DNA of 64,000 bases from Mustelus asterias (taxonomy: Eukaryota). Position 1 is the stretch's first letter. Each line of letters starts with the position of its first letter. The position numbers and the translations under genes were made by a program. Of the stretch, positions 12,168 to 24,889 are shown one piece after another. The DNA lies in the NCBI RefSeq assembly GCF_964213995.1, contig NC_135805.1, positions 45,198,001 through 45,262,000 on the forward strand. The letters run 5' to 3'. Below the pieces are notes generated by a model. The model searched no databases, had not been told where the DNA came from, and saw nothing but the letters and a program-made list of their open reading frames with translations.

Positions 12168-12493
12168 GAATCATAAGATCCTACAGTGTAGAAGAAGGCC
12201 ATTCGTCCCAAAGAGTCTGCACAAACTACAACCCCACCTAGGCCCTATTCCCGTAACCGCTCACATTTACCCTGCTAATCCCCCTGACACTAGGGTTAAT
12301 TTAGCATGGTCAATCAACCTAACCCACACATCTTCACATGTTTGGACTGTGGGAGGAAACCGGAGCACCCGGAGGAAACCCATGCAGACACAGGGAGAAC
12401 GTGCGAACTGCACACAGTCACCCGAGGCTGATATTGAACCTTGGTCCCTGGTGCTGTGAGGCAGCGGTGCTAACCACTGTGCCACCGTGCCGC
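12168..12493 (-). mobile_element. HE1-like V-SINE, tail A
   Basis: Full head, core and tail on the minus strand. Confidence 0.88.
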
Positions 12494-12912
12494 CCCTTAT
12501 ATACCACCGACTGCAATGGCCTCCTCTGTTTCCTGTTGGTGGCTCTTTTGCTTGTGGTCTGTAATATGTAGAGTTGCAGATCACCATTTATGTTCATTAT
12601 CAACGTTGTATTCCCACACTGGGGAATCAGACTTCATTTTGATTGTCTTTAATCATATTCTTAATGTTCTAAACAGAGAGGTGTCTCTGATGGAAACTGA
12701 GGAAAAGCCCAATATTAAGTAGCGACAGCACATTTTGTTTGGTAGATTTGGTACCTCAACAACAAGTTTAATTAGAATTGTCGTGCATTTCTGTTTATGC
12801 AAGTACATAAGTAATAGAGACAGCTGGTCCCTTTACAGTTTGCACATAATAGCCTTCTAATTCTCTCGGGGTTAGAACAGGATTGTTAATATGCAAACAT
12901 GAACAATTACTA

Positions 12913-13894
12913 TGGATGCGATTCTCCCATTAGTGCAGTGAGCCAGGAGATTCTGGCATTGGCCAATTCGCAGGGTTCGAGCGCACGTTCATATCCCACA
13001 AGTGTCTCCCAGCGGCGGATTTCCGGTGGCGTCAGATCTGTACCGGAAATCGGCGGGGAGGCACAAAGACCATTTAAATGGTCATTTGCATACAATTTAA
13101 ATGTGATTAGTGGGCTCAGGACTGAAGTGTCCGGGCTCGCTAGCATCTCCCCCCCTAGAGTACCTCCTCACTAACGGGCAATTAGCGGCCCAGCCCCACT
13201 GGAGTGAAGGGGTCCTTTGGAGCTCCCCAGAAGGTCAGGCAGCAGGGGGGTTGCCCCATGGGTATTGACAACCTGGCTGTGCCAGCCTGTTTCCGGCACT
13301 GCCCAAGAGACAAAGTGCCAATGCCAAGAGTGCACCTTGGCACTGCCCTTCAGGCATGGGGCAGTGCCAAGGGGTGGGCCCTGCAGCAGGGCCTAGGGGG
13401 CGATCGGTGGGGGATCCCATTGCCACTCTGCATGGGGATCGGTAGGGAAGGAGGGGGGTAGTTAGTCTGTTGGGGCATCAGCACTGCGCGGGCGTGGGGG
13501 CAGGGAGGGGTTGGGAGATCGGGGTGGGCCGGGTTCGGAGCTGGCCCGTGATCGGGCTGTGGGGCGCGGAGAGCCAGTGTTGCGGGGTCGTGGGGCTGGC
13601 AGTGATTGAGCTGGCCAGAAAATCGGGAGGACATCAGTTTGGGGCCACAGTGCATTGGCTAATCTCGGCACTGACAAATCGGCATGTCCGCAGTAGTCCA
13701 CTCAGTGCGCTGATTTCAGCCTCTCCAGTGGGGATAGGCCCCGCCCCTTAGTATTTAATGATATTCGCACTGATGGCCTCCGTAGTGCAGAGTGTGGGAG
13801 ATTCTGCTCTGAATTCCCACTGAAAAAAACAGCGTGAATTACTCAATTTTCAAGCAAATTCGACACTTACAGTTTTTTTGGGAGAATTCCACCC
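12913..13894. mobile_element. Non-autonomous PIF/Harbinger-type element (MITE, about 1 kb)
   Basis: Imperfect terminal inverted repeats GGATGCGATTCTCCCA / TGGGAGAATTCCACCC around a GC-rich non-coding interior. Confidence 0.65.
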
Positions 13895-14275
13895 TATGTT
13901 TTTTTCAATAACCCTGTTCACTGGAGTTGTGCTAGTGAGATCAAGAATTTGACATCATCAATTAAATTATTTTCAACATCGGATTCCAACTGCCATTAAA
14001 TGGGTTAGAAATTGTCTTTGTGGCTTTTTGGGCACGGGCAGGTCATAGATTGCATGCCTGCGGAAATAGGTAGCAAGCAAAATTGGTGCTGCATCCTCAT
14101 TTACCTGATAGATATGTTGGTCTGAGTTGGGCCTGAGTTGCTGATTGCCTGAATGCTCAACAGAGGACAGAGCAACACGTTCAGATAGCATATAGTGCAG
14201 CCAGCCTGCTCCTCTTAGAGGCAGTCTGTCCCCCTTGAAGGGAAGTTGCACTCAGTAGAAGAAAAACAGAACACC

Positions 14276-14530
14276 ATGGCAGAGAGAGGGTTCTGAGGTT
14301 CATTGATGTGGCACTGGGAGCCCCTCACTCATAGAGGTGGGCAGGAGGAGAGAGGTCATGATTCTGCAGGAGCTGGTGGGCACGGGTGCGCAAAGCAGGT
14401 CACAAGGACCACCTTCAGATGGGATTGTGAACACGTGACCAGGGAGATTAATTCCCAAGTCCTAGCCCTGAGGGGCTGGCAACAGGATCACAAGATGTCC
14501 AATGACCTCACCTGGGTAGTCAAGGTTAAT
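14276..14530 (+). pseudogene. Degenerate Harbinger Myb/SANT-like DNA-binding protein fragment
   Basis: Broken translation RERVLRFIDVAL...WDCEHVTREINSQVLALRGWQQDHKMSNDLTWVVKV resembles the Harbinger second-ORF pattern RF...W..VA..VN.....R.W.QC.K..NDL. Confidence 0.6.
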
Positions 14531-14856
14531 GAATGCACCTTCGGATAACAACTCTTATCCATCGCCCCACCAACCTGCCACACTACTTTCCCAAAATGTT
14601 CTGTTTGACTTTAGCCATGTTAGATCCAGATTCTGAGGATTCATTTGTTTTCCTTGAACTCAAAATGTGTCTTCGTTTGAGATGACATTGAAAACAATGG
14701 GAAACAAAAGTAAATCGGGTGTTGTGTAAATCAGATCTCAACTCAATACTACTGTTTGAACTGGCTCCCGAGACCAATTTCACTCCCATCATACTAATTC
14801 CGCTGCTTTTGTTAACATCTGAAATTATGGGAACTCTTCATGTTGTCTTCCCAGTG

Positions 14857-15170
14857 ATAAGTTCATAAGGTATAGGCGCAGAATTAGGCCATTCGGCCCA
14901 TAGAGTCTGCTCCGCCATTCGATCATGGCTGATCTGCTCCTCATCCCCATTTTCCTGCCTTCTCCCCATAACCCTTCAACCCATTACCAATTAAAAATCT
15001 GTTTAACTCCTCCTTAAATTTACTCACTGTCCCGGCATCCACCGCACTTTGGGGTAGTGAATTCCACAGATTCACAACCCTTTGGGAGAAGTAGTTTCTC
15101 CTCAACTCTGTTTTAAATTTGCTACCTCTTATCCTAAGACTATGACTTCTCCTCCTAGAATGCCCGACCA
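14857..15170 (-). mobile_element. CR1 LINE 3' end
   Basis: ORF 14941-15192 reads HSLRIRGSKFKTELRRNYFSQRVVNLWNSLP and is followed by the 3' UTR. Confidence 0.88.
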
Positions 15171-15328
15171 ATGGAAGTATGATGAAAGGCATTTCCTTTC
15201 CGGAACTGAGTTCTTCTCATAAGCCTATCAATAAATTTACATTTAATTGACACTGGACTCCAACTCAACCAACAGTAGTTACACTTGACAAACTGTAATT
15301 TTCTAAAATGGTGAATATAATAAGAACA

Positions 15329-15530
15329 AAGATGTGAAGATCAAGTGGATTGGCCATGGTAGATTGCCCCTCAGTGCCCCAAGATGTGTAGGTTAGATGG
15401 GTTTGCCATGGTAAATGTATAGGGTTACAGGGATAGGTTGGGAGAGAGGGCCTGGGTAAGATATTCTGTCAGAGAGTCGGCGCAGACTCGATGGGCCGAA
15501 TGGCCTCTTCTGCACTGTAGGGATTCTATG
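15329..15530 (+). mobile_element. V-SINE 3' half, tail A
   Basis: Ends GATGGGCCGAATGGCCTCTTCTGCACTGTAGGGATTCTATG. Confidence 0.8.
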
Positions 15531-16499
15531 GTAATACAATTTTCCTAGTTGAAATGATTTGATTAAATTTGGCATGTTTTTATTTTCTTTCTTCCCCATA
15601 GTTAAGTATAATGGATTGGATTTTCAAACAAGAGGCCGGTAGATAAAGTCCAGAAACTTCCAGGCTCAGTGCACCCACCTCAGGAAAAAGCCTCACCACA
15701 AATGGCCAATTTCCATTCTAGGTTGGAGTGGGGCTGTTCACTGTTGGGTCGAGGCAGTCCCGCTGCCCCCAGATGCAGATCAGAGGTGACCCTAGGGGCT
15801 GCTGAGTGCTGGGCCAAACTGGATACCCCAGTTTCTTTGTTAAATATTACATCATATGGTTCCTGACCCCTCACACCCATTCCCTATTACCACAAGACAT
15901 GCCAACCTATGCCCCTCTACCAACTCCCATGGTCCTTTATAGATTCTATGCCAACTTAGTACTAAATCATGCCAACCCATACTCCCTCACCGACCAATCT
16001 TTGTCCATATTTACTTTCCACCATGGGCAGACCTCAGGGAACATGCTCAGATGAAATAAAATAAAATTCTAAATATCTATTACAGACTTAACTATGTAAA
16101 AAACTTACATTCATGCAAGTTTTAAAATAAATAATTAAATACATAATTAGACAATTAAAAATAAGCTGTCTCCAATTTATGATGAAAATGAGGAATTTAC
16201 TTTTCCCTCTGGGGATCGTTAGTCTGTGGAATTCTCTTCATATAGATTATTGAAGGCAGAGGCATTGAATATGCTTCAGGCTGTGTTTTATAGATTCTTA
16301 TCTGACAAGGCAGTCAAATGGTATAGGAGGGTGGATAGGAAAGTTGAGGCAACAATCAGATCAGATATAGTCGAGCCAAATGGTGGAACAAGTCCAAGGG
16401 GTTAAATGACCTCTTCATACTCCAAATGTGTATGCTTGAAAGCACATTCAATACATTTAAATCCACCCAAGTACTTAATCCCCTTATAAAAACAAACAT

Positions 16500-17790
16500 C
16501 CACCTTTATCCACAACACATGTGATTCCTTCAAAGAACTACAAGAAATTGGTTAAATATGATTTCCCTTTCACAAAACTATGTTGACTCTGCCAGATTGC
16601 CTTGAACTTTTCCAAGTGCCCTGATATAACATCTTTAGTAATGGATTCTAACATTTTCCCTTTGACAGATATTAAGCTAACTGGCCTATAGTTTCCTGCT
16701 TTCCATCTCCCTCCCTTTTTGAATAAAGGAGTTACATTTGCATCTTCCAATCTGATGGAACCTTTCCAGAATCTCAGAAATTTTTGGAAAATCAAAGCCA
16801 GCACATCAACTATCTCATTAGCCACTTCTTTCCGGACCAGGGGATTTTTCAGCCTGCAGAACCAACAATTTTCTCAATTCCACTTCTCTGGTGATTGTAA
16901 CTTTCCTGTGTTCCTCCATCCCTTCCATTTCCTGATTCACAGCTATTTCTGGGATGTTACTTGTGTCCTCTATAGTGAGGACAGATGCAAAATAGCTGTT
17001 TAATTTATCCGCCGTAGCCCTATTTTCCATTATCAATTCCCCAGATGCATTTTCAATTGGACCAATGCCCATTTTGTTAATTACTTTCTTATTTAAATAT
17101 TTATAGAAACTCTTACTATCCAACTTTATATTACTAGCTAGCTCTCTTTCGTACCCTAGTTTTTCCCTCCTTCTCAATCTTTTTGTCATTTTTTGCTGTT
17201 CATTATATACTTTCCAATCTTTTAACCTGCCATTTATCTTTGAATGGATAGACGTTTTTTCTTTAAATTTAATCTTCAGGAAATCTACGAAAATCTATAG
17301 AATTTTGGAAGACGATCACCAATGCATCTACTATCTCTACAGCAACCCCTTTCAACACTCTGAGATGCATAATATCAGGCCCCAGGGACTTATCAATTTT
17401 CAGTCCCATTAATTTCTCCAATACAACCTTCATAATTATGTTAATTTCTTTCAACTCTGCATTCTCCCTATTCCCTTGGATCTCTACATCTGGGAGATTT
17501 TCTGTATCTTCCTTAGTGAAATCAGAAAATACTGGAAAATATCAGCAGTTCTGACAGTATCTGTGGAGATTGAACAGAGCCAACATTTCGAGTCTGGATG
17601 ACTCTTCGTCAGAGCAGCTGTTTTTGTTTCAGATTGCAGCATCCGCAGTAATTTGCTTTCATCTTCCTGAGTGAAAACAGACATCAAAGTAATCATTTAG
17701 TTTCTCTGCCATTGCTCTATTCCCCCTTATGAATTCTCCTTACTCTGCTTGTAACAGACCCACATTTGTCGCAGCCAAAAGCTTCCTCTC
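16500..17790 (-). mobile_element. Fragmented CR1 ORF2 pieces, probably two overlapping copies
   Basis: ORFs 16538-16825 (NYRPVSL), 16818-17189 and 17269-17454. The KSPGP region occurs twice. Confidence 0.85.
17527..17660. mobile_element. Deletion derivative of a palindromic Penelope-type element with hammerhead-like core
   Basis: The minus strand reads CTGACGA-A-GAGTC-ATCCA-GACTC-GAAA. A duplicated 21-mer flanks it (17506-17526 and 17661-17681, 19/21 identical). It is homologous to 58856-59331 and 61898-62117. Confidence 0.75.
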
Positions 17791-18127
17791 ACAAAGGAAG
17801 GGAGAAACTTCCCCACTTATTGAAGGAACAAGAAGGTAAGGCTGCAGAGTTTAAGTAATTGATAAAAGAAGCAAAGGTGATACAGGAAGAAACTGTTCTA
17901 TGCACTATTATATGTTCAGTTTGCAATGTAGAGCCTGAGAATGTGGTGGAGGCAGGATCAGTTAAAGCATCGAAAGGGAATTAGAGTATTATTTGAAAAG
18001 GAAGAATTTCCAGGGTTACAGGTAAATGGAACTAGATGATTTGCTCAATTGGAAAAATATGATGGGCCAAAGGCCTCCTTCTGCACGTTAACAATTCTGT
18101 GATTATGTGATTGTAATAAGTGCAATT

Positions 18128-18365
18128 GTTTGATTTGATTTATTATTGTCACATGTATTAGTATATGGTGAAAAGTATTGTTTCTTGTGTGCTGTGCAGA
18201 CAAAGCATATCGTTCATAGAGAGGGAAAGAAGAGGGTGCAGAATATAGTGCTACAGCCATAGCTAGGATGTTGAGAAAGTTTTAGAAGCATACAATGAGA
18301 GTAAAAGAATTAGAGGCTATGTTGGGCATAGCTCATATGAAGTCGCCTCGCTCTGGTGCCGTGCT
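18128..18365 (-). mobile_element. Short non-LTR retroelement remnant with a Rex1/Babar-like 3' end
   Basis: The minus strand ends TTTTCACC...TACATGTGACAATAATAAATCAAATCAAA. The clade call comes from recalled 3' motifs. Confidence 0.45.
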
Positions 18366-18620
18366 TTAAGAAGCTGATAGTCTGAACTAGGTCTCACTGT
18401 ACACATTTCACAGTAACTTCATTGCAGTGTTAATGTAAGCCTTGTGACTAATAAATAAAAAACAGTATCCTCATCGCCTTTGTTTGTTAACTTAATCCAG
18501 AGTGTTCTTCTTTTCTTGAGATATAATATTGAAGGGTACAAATCATTCAGGAAAACATAAGAACTGCAGCGTTTTATATATTCAGGATCATTTGGAAAAT
18601 AATGAAGCTCAAGGATAAAG

Positions 18621-18895
18621 TTAAAGTTTATTTATTAATCACAAGTAGGCTTACATTCACACTCTAATAAAGATACTGTGAAAATCCCCTAGTCGCCACA
18701 TTCCGGCACCTGTTCGGTACCCTAACCCTCACCCTCATCTGTCCAAAGACGTGCAGGTTAGGTACATTGGCCATGTTAAATTCTCCCTCAGCGTGCCCAA
18801 ACAGGCGCCGGATTGTGGTGACTAGGAAATTTTCACAGTAACTTCATTGCAGTGCTAATGTAAGCCTACTTGTGACACTAATAAATGAACTTTAA
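18621..18895. mobile_element. Two tail-B SINE 3' ends in inverted, tails-out orientation
   Basis: 18621-18718 is the approximate reverse complement of about 18795-18895. Confidence 0.8.
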
Positions 18896-18959
18896 AAAGT
18901 ATCCACAATCCTACCTGCTGTGTGCAGCTCGAATTTAAATGTAGCTTAAAAAAATACTA

Positions 18960-19117
18960 GGGTGGGATTCTCCAACCACGCTCTCCCCAAAAGCAGAGAA
19001 TCCCACCTGAGGTCAATGGACCTTTGCGTGGTTCCCCCCCCCCCCCCCCCCCCCCCCCCCCGCCCCCCTGCCCACTACGATTCCCATGGCAGGCGAAACG
19101 GGAGAATTCACCCACCC
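18960..19117. mobile_element. Small Harbinger-type MITE with a poly-C run
   Basis: Ends GGGTGGGATTCTCC and GGAGAATTCACCC. Related short elements lie near 21890, 22595-22715 and 31421. Confidence 0.55.
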
Positions 19118-19629
19118 CCCCAGCTCTTTAAAAATCCCACACCGCTTTATCAATCCAATAAACCAGCATTGTTTACACCTATAATTTTACATATGGATAT
19201 TTTATAGTCCTTACTTTTCAAAGTCAAGGCAACATACCATAATTTACATGAACGTGCTCCTGCCACCTTGCCCTCTGACATTAATTATCGCAAGCAGGAG
19301 GATTTGTTGAATCAGATCAATGTGACACAACAAACATTCTCCTTAAACAGACAGCTTCTTAATCGGCTTCTAAGCATTGGTTTAATGAATGGGTGGTCCC
19401 AGTGGGGAGCCTCAGCTGACTGGAATGGATATCAGATAATTATCTGCACACTACGCACAATTTTGCATTTACTAATTCCAATAAAGATTAATCGTGTGAA
19501 GCTGACTCTGAGGGGTGGGCTTCCTGTCTGGATACATTCATAAACTGACCCTCTCCCGTACTTTCATTTTAGATTCCAGACTGTCCTCTTGACCGCAATA
19601 CAAAGTATCAGAACTTTTGAAAATCACCA

Positions 19630-22470
19630 AAATAGCAGCACGAGTGGTCCATTCGGCTCTTTGAGCCTGCTCTGCCCGCCATTCATTATGATCATAGCTG
19701 ATCATCAAACTGAGTAATCTGTTCTCTCTTCCTCCACCAGCACCACCACCACCACCCCCCCCCTCCCCCCCGCCTCACCCCACACACACACAGCATATCC
19801 TTCATTGTCACAAGAGCTATGTCTAACTCCTTCTTGAACACAAATAATGCTTTGGGCTCAACTGTTTTCTGTGATAGCGAATTCCACCACAGGCTTACCA
19901 CTCTCTGAGTGAAGAAATATCTCCTCATCTCAGTCCTAAATGGTCTACTTCATATCCTCGGACTGTGACCCCTATTTCTGGACTCCCCCGCCACGGGGAA
20001 CATAACTCCTGCTTGTACCCTGTCTATTCCTGTTAGAATTTTATAGGTTTCTATGAGATCTCCTTTCATTCTTCTAATCGCCAGCGAATATAATCCCAAC
20101 TGACTCAATCTCTCCTCATACATCAGTCTCGCCATCCCAGGAATCAGTCTGGTAAACCTTCGCTGCACTCCCTCCATAGCAAGAACATCCTTCCACAGAT
20201 AAGGAGACCAAAACTGCACACAGCCTCCCAGGCATGGCCTCACCAAAGTCTTGTACAATTGCAGCAAGACATCTCTGCTCCTGTACTTCAATCCTCCTGC
20301 TATAAAAGGCCAACATAACATTTGCCTTTTTCACCACCTGCATGCTTACTTTCAGTGATTGGTTTACAAGGACACCTAGGTCTCATTGCACATTTCCCTC
20401 TCTTAATTTATAACCATTCAGATAAAATCTGCCTTCCTGTTTTTGCTACCAAAATGGATCACCTCGCGTTTAAGACCATAAGACATAGGAGCAGAATTAG
20501 GCCACTCAGCCCATTGAGCCTGCTCCACCTTTCAATCATGTCTGATATTCTCAACCTCATTCTCCTGCCTTCTCCCCCGTAACGTTTTACCCCCTTACCA
20601 ATTACGCATCTATCAACCTCTGTCTTAAGTACACTCAATGACTTGGCCTCCACAGCCTTCTGTGGCAATGAATTCCACAGATTCACCATCCTCTGGCTGA
20701 AGAAATTCCTCCTCATCTCAGTTCTAAAAGGTCATCCCTTTACACTGAGGCTGTGCTCTCGGATCCTAGTCTCTCTTACTAATGGAAACATCTTCCCCAT
20801 GTCCACTCTATCCAGGCCTTTCAGTATTCTGTAAGTTTCAATGAGATCCCTCTCATCCTTCTAAACTCCATCGTGTACAGACCCAGGGTCCTCAAATGGT
20901 CCTCATACGCCAAGCCTTTAATTCCCGAGATTATTCTCATGAACCTCCTCCGGATCCTCTCCAAAGTCAGTACATCCTTCCTTAGATATAGGACCCAAAA
21001 TGTGGTCTACCCAGAGTCTTATAAAACCTCAGCAGTACATCCCTGTTTTTGTACTCTACATTATATCCACATTGTACTGCATTTGCCCTGCATCTGCCCA
21101 CTCACTCAGTTCGTCACATCACAGTATATCCTCCTCATAGCCCACCCTTCCACCCAGTTTTGTGTCACCTGCAAATTTGGAGATATTACATTTATTTCCC
21201 TCCGCTAAATCATTAATACATATTGTGAATAGCTGGGGTCCTAGCACTAATCTCTGCGGTACCACTAGTCACTGCCTGCCATTTGAAAAGAGACCCGTTC
21301 ATTCCTACCCTTTGTTTCCTGTCTTATTTTCCTGTCTTATCCATCTCAATACATTATCCCAATCCCATACACTTTAATTTTACACATAAATCTCTTATGT
21401 GGGACCTTGTTGAAAACCTTCTTAAATTCCAAATAAATCACATCCACTGGCTTCCCCTCATCAACTCTACTCATTACATTCTTGAAGAATTCCACTAGAT
21501 TTGTCAAGCATGATTTCCCTTTCATAAATCCATGCTGATTCTGTTCAATTCTTCCCCTGCTTTCCAAGGGCTCTGCTACAAAATCCTTGATAATGGACTC
21601 TTGGAATTTTCCCCACTACCAACATCAGGCTGACTGGTCTATAATGTCCTGTTTTATCTCCCTACTTCAATAGTGGGGTTACATTAGTTACCCTCCAATC
21701 TGTTCCAATGTTTATAGAACCTTGGAAGATGACCACTAATGCATCCACTATTTCTAGGACCACTTCTTTATGCAGTCTAGGATGTAGTTTATCAGGCCCC
21801 AAGGAATTATTGGCCTTCAATCCCATTAATTTTCCCGACACCATTTCCCTACTCCCTGATCTCTTTCAGTTCCTCCCTCTCACAAAACCCTGGCCAGAAT
21901 TTTCTGACCTTGCCCGTAATTGGGATTTTCCAGTCCTGTTAGAGATAGGCGCCAAATTTTCTGTTCTCACTGGTAATGGGTTCAGATTGTATGATATCAG
22001 GAAGTGGCTGTTTTCCCCAACATTCCCCCAATGTTTTCCCCAACATTTCTGGCATGTTATTTGTGAAGACAGAACCAAAATATGTATTTAGTTGGTTAGC
22101 CATTTCTTTGTTCCCCATTGTAAATTATCCTGTTTCTGGTTGTAAGGGACCTACATTTGTCTTCATCAGTCCTTTTCTCTTCACATGCCTATAGAAGTTT
22201 TTACAGACAGTTATGTTTCTCGCAAGCTTATCCATACTTTTATTTTCCCCTTCTTATGCTATTCATTTGTCTTCCTTTGCTGAATTCTAAACAGCTCCCA
22301 GTCTTCAGATCCTCTGATTTTTTTCTGGCCAATTTGTATGTCTCTTCCTTGGATCTAATACTATTTCTAAGCCATGGTTTGGCCACATTTCCCATTTTAT
22401 TTTTGTGCCAGACAGGAATGAACAATTGTTGCAGTACATCCATGCACTCTGAATGTTTTTTTATCGCCAT
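19630..22470 (-). mobile_element. CR1 LINE with a second CR1 3' end nested at about 20470-21060 and a MITE-like piece at about 21890-21990
   Basis: ORFs 19950-20321, 20459-20716, 21346-21567, 21662-21844 and 22240-22494 are CR1 ORF2 pieces. A second tail (TAAGACCATAAGAC) lies at 20471. Confidence 0.88.
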
Positions 22471-23717
22471 CTGTCCAGATAGAGTCAAATTCAAACTCTA
22501 AATCACACCATTAGTTTCGAATGCGTTGACTTCCTTACTGTGAAAACTTTCCTGCAAATTTCCAGAATGTACAGAAACAAAGGGATACATGTTACAGTCC
22601 TGCCCGCCGCGGGAATCGCTGTGAACGGGAAGGAAAATTTGACAGAACATTGAAAGGTCCATTGACCTCAGTTGGGATTTTCAGTCTCAGGGTGGGCGGG
22701 ACCCGAAAATATTGCCTAAATATTCAAATTTGATTGCATTTCCTTTTAGAATCTTTATGCCGCACGTATTACCTCCCCAAAAAGGCTGTGCACTTCTGAA
22801 ACTGGCATCTGGTGGACCTGTCTGGAGAATCCCTCAAGCCTGCTCCATCATTCAACTGATTGCGGCAGTAACTCTACTTTGTTGCCTGAAGATTCTTCTC
22901 ACCATCATTGGACTTGGAATCACAAATGGATTGTGTTCCCATTGCTATCTGCTGACTTCCCTGTGCTCAGGTGACCTTGCGATTATGATTTGCCCCCTCC
23001 TCTTGCCCCTGCAGTGCCAATCGAGTGATAACCCACTATACTGCCCAAATGCTTAGTGAGCATTCTCCCATATAAATGAATCTTACTCGGATGCGATACC
23101 AGAGCTTAAACGACATCTATGGAAACACATACCAGAGTGAATTAACACCAAGAGGAAAGGATGAGAAAAAAAACTGGAAAAGAAAATGTCAGAGTTTTAT
23201 CAAATGGGGCTACAAAAGAGAGCTTCTAATGAAAAATTCAATTTTATAAGAGCAATAGTCAGTCATATTTTATAAACCAGTATTTATTCTAGTAGAATTG
23301 CAATTACCTTCATGGCAATCCCAATCAATCACTTCTTATTTTGTTAAGAACAAACTTACATGGTCAAGCAGTGTAATTTCCAAAGACATTAAGTAACTGG
23401 CCAGAATAATACCATTATTTCTATAATATTGTTCTTCCTCACTGAAATTTAATCAGGATTTTCTTCCACATGGTTCTTTTAAATGCTAACTTAAATAATT
23501 GGAAGGAATGATAAATATAAAATCAATGTACCATTTTTGTGTTGTGACCAATATTGCTGTAACACAATTTGTCACTTGACTGAAAATCTGCCTCCCGATT
23601 AATTAGCAATTCCAGCCATGGTGAATGCTATTAATTTAATAACATTCACCATTGAGTGTTCTGCTGGCTAAACACATTGACCTAAAAATGCACAGCTCCA
23701 TAAAACAATGACACAGA

Positions 23718-24417
23718 AGGAGGAATTCTCCCATGCTCCTGCTAGTGGGTTCAATGACGGGTGACGGGGAATTTGGTGGCAGGCCCAGAAACTGATTTTA
23801 CACTGGCACGAATTTCCTGCGGGATCTTCCGTTGGTGCCCGCCATGGCATACCGGGAGATTGACTGAAGGCTGGTGTGAACCTCATTTGCATCCCACTAA
23901 TGGGATGCAGATGAAGGCCTGACCGTTCACACCCAATTCTCCACGGCTTCAGCATGAAAACTCACTGGTGCGAAACACATCTCGAACAACAGGATGTGCA
24001 GGTGTCAGGACTCACCTGAGCAATGCCTGGGACAGCCGCTGGAGCTCAGGATGGATGCCACCGCTAACCCTGGACCGCCACAGCAGTGAGTGGGAGAGTT
24101 TTGGCGGATGGACCTTCCAGGTCAGGCGTCCTGGAGGGGAGGGGTCCATCTTCCAGCCTCAGAATAGTTCATCTTCATTTTCGGGAGGTTCACTTTTCCT
24201 GAACAGTGGGTCAGTGATGTCGGGAGCCTTTTCAATATGGTGCCTGCACAGCTCAGTGAACTACGCACCGTCAGCCTACCCCGCCATGGAATATGTATAA
24301 TTAATGAGGTTAGCGCCAGAGGATTTGGTGAGTTCTTCCCCCAGCCTTCGCAGTGGGAAACACACCATGTTCCCACCTCACAGCTGGATTAAGTCCCAGG
24401 ATGGGAGAATTCCACTC
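23718..24417. mobile_element. Harbinger-type MITE
   Basis: Inverted ends GGAATTCTCCCAT (about 23721) and ATGGGAGAATTCC (about 24401). Confidence 0.65.
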
Positions 24418-24576
24418 ATAGTTTGGTGTCCTGTGAGGTGAACTTCTGATAAAACTCTGGACTGCCTGGGTCAATGACTAACACAGAGCAAGATGGCTTT
24501 TCACAGAGAGAAATAAATCAAGAAGAAAAATTACTTAATCGATGTTGGTTGAGTGCTCAGTGCTGTATTCAGATTG

Positions 24577-24883
24577 AATCATAGAATCCCTACAGTGCAG
24601 AAGGAGGCCATTTGGCCCATCGAGTCTGCACCGACCTCAATCCCACCCAATTCCCCTTACTCCACGTATTTACCCTGCAAATCCCCCTGACACAAGGGTC
24701 AAGTTAGCATGGTCAATTTACCGAACCCGCACATCTTTGGAGTGTGGGAGGAAACCGGAGTGGACCCACACAGACACGGGGAGAATGTGCAAACTCTACA
24801 CAGACAGTAACCCAAGCCGGGAATCGAACCTGGGACCCTGGCGCTGTGAGGCAGCAGTGCTCACCACTATGCCACCATGCCGC
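24577..24883 (-). mobile_element. HE1-like V-SINE, tail A
   Basis: Full element; the plus strand begins AATCATAGAATCCCTACAGTGCAGAAGGAGGCC. Confidence 0.9.
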
Positions 24884-24889
24884 CAGGAT

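Noticed and set aside
23360-23441. Possible 82-nt minus-strand exon (EEEQYYRNNGIILASYLMSLEITLLDH)
   Set aside because: The polypyrimidine tract is weak and the peptide is not recognised, so chance is likely.
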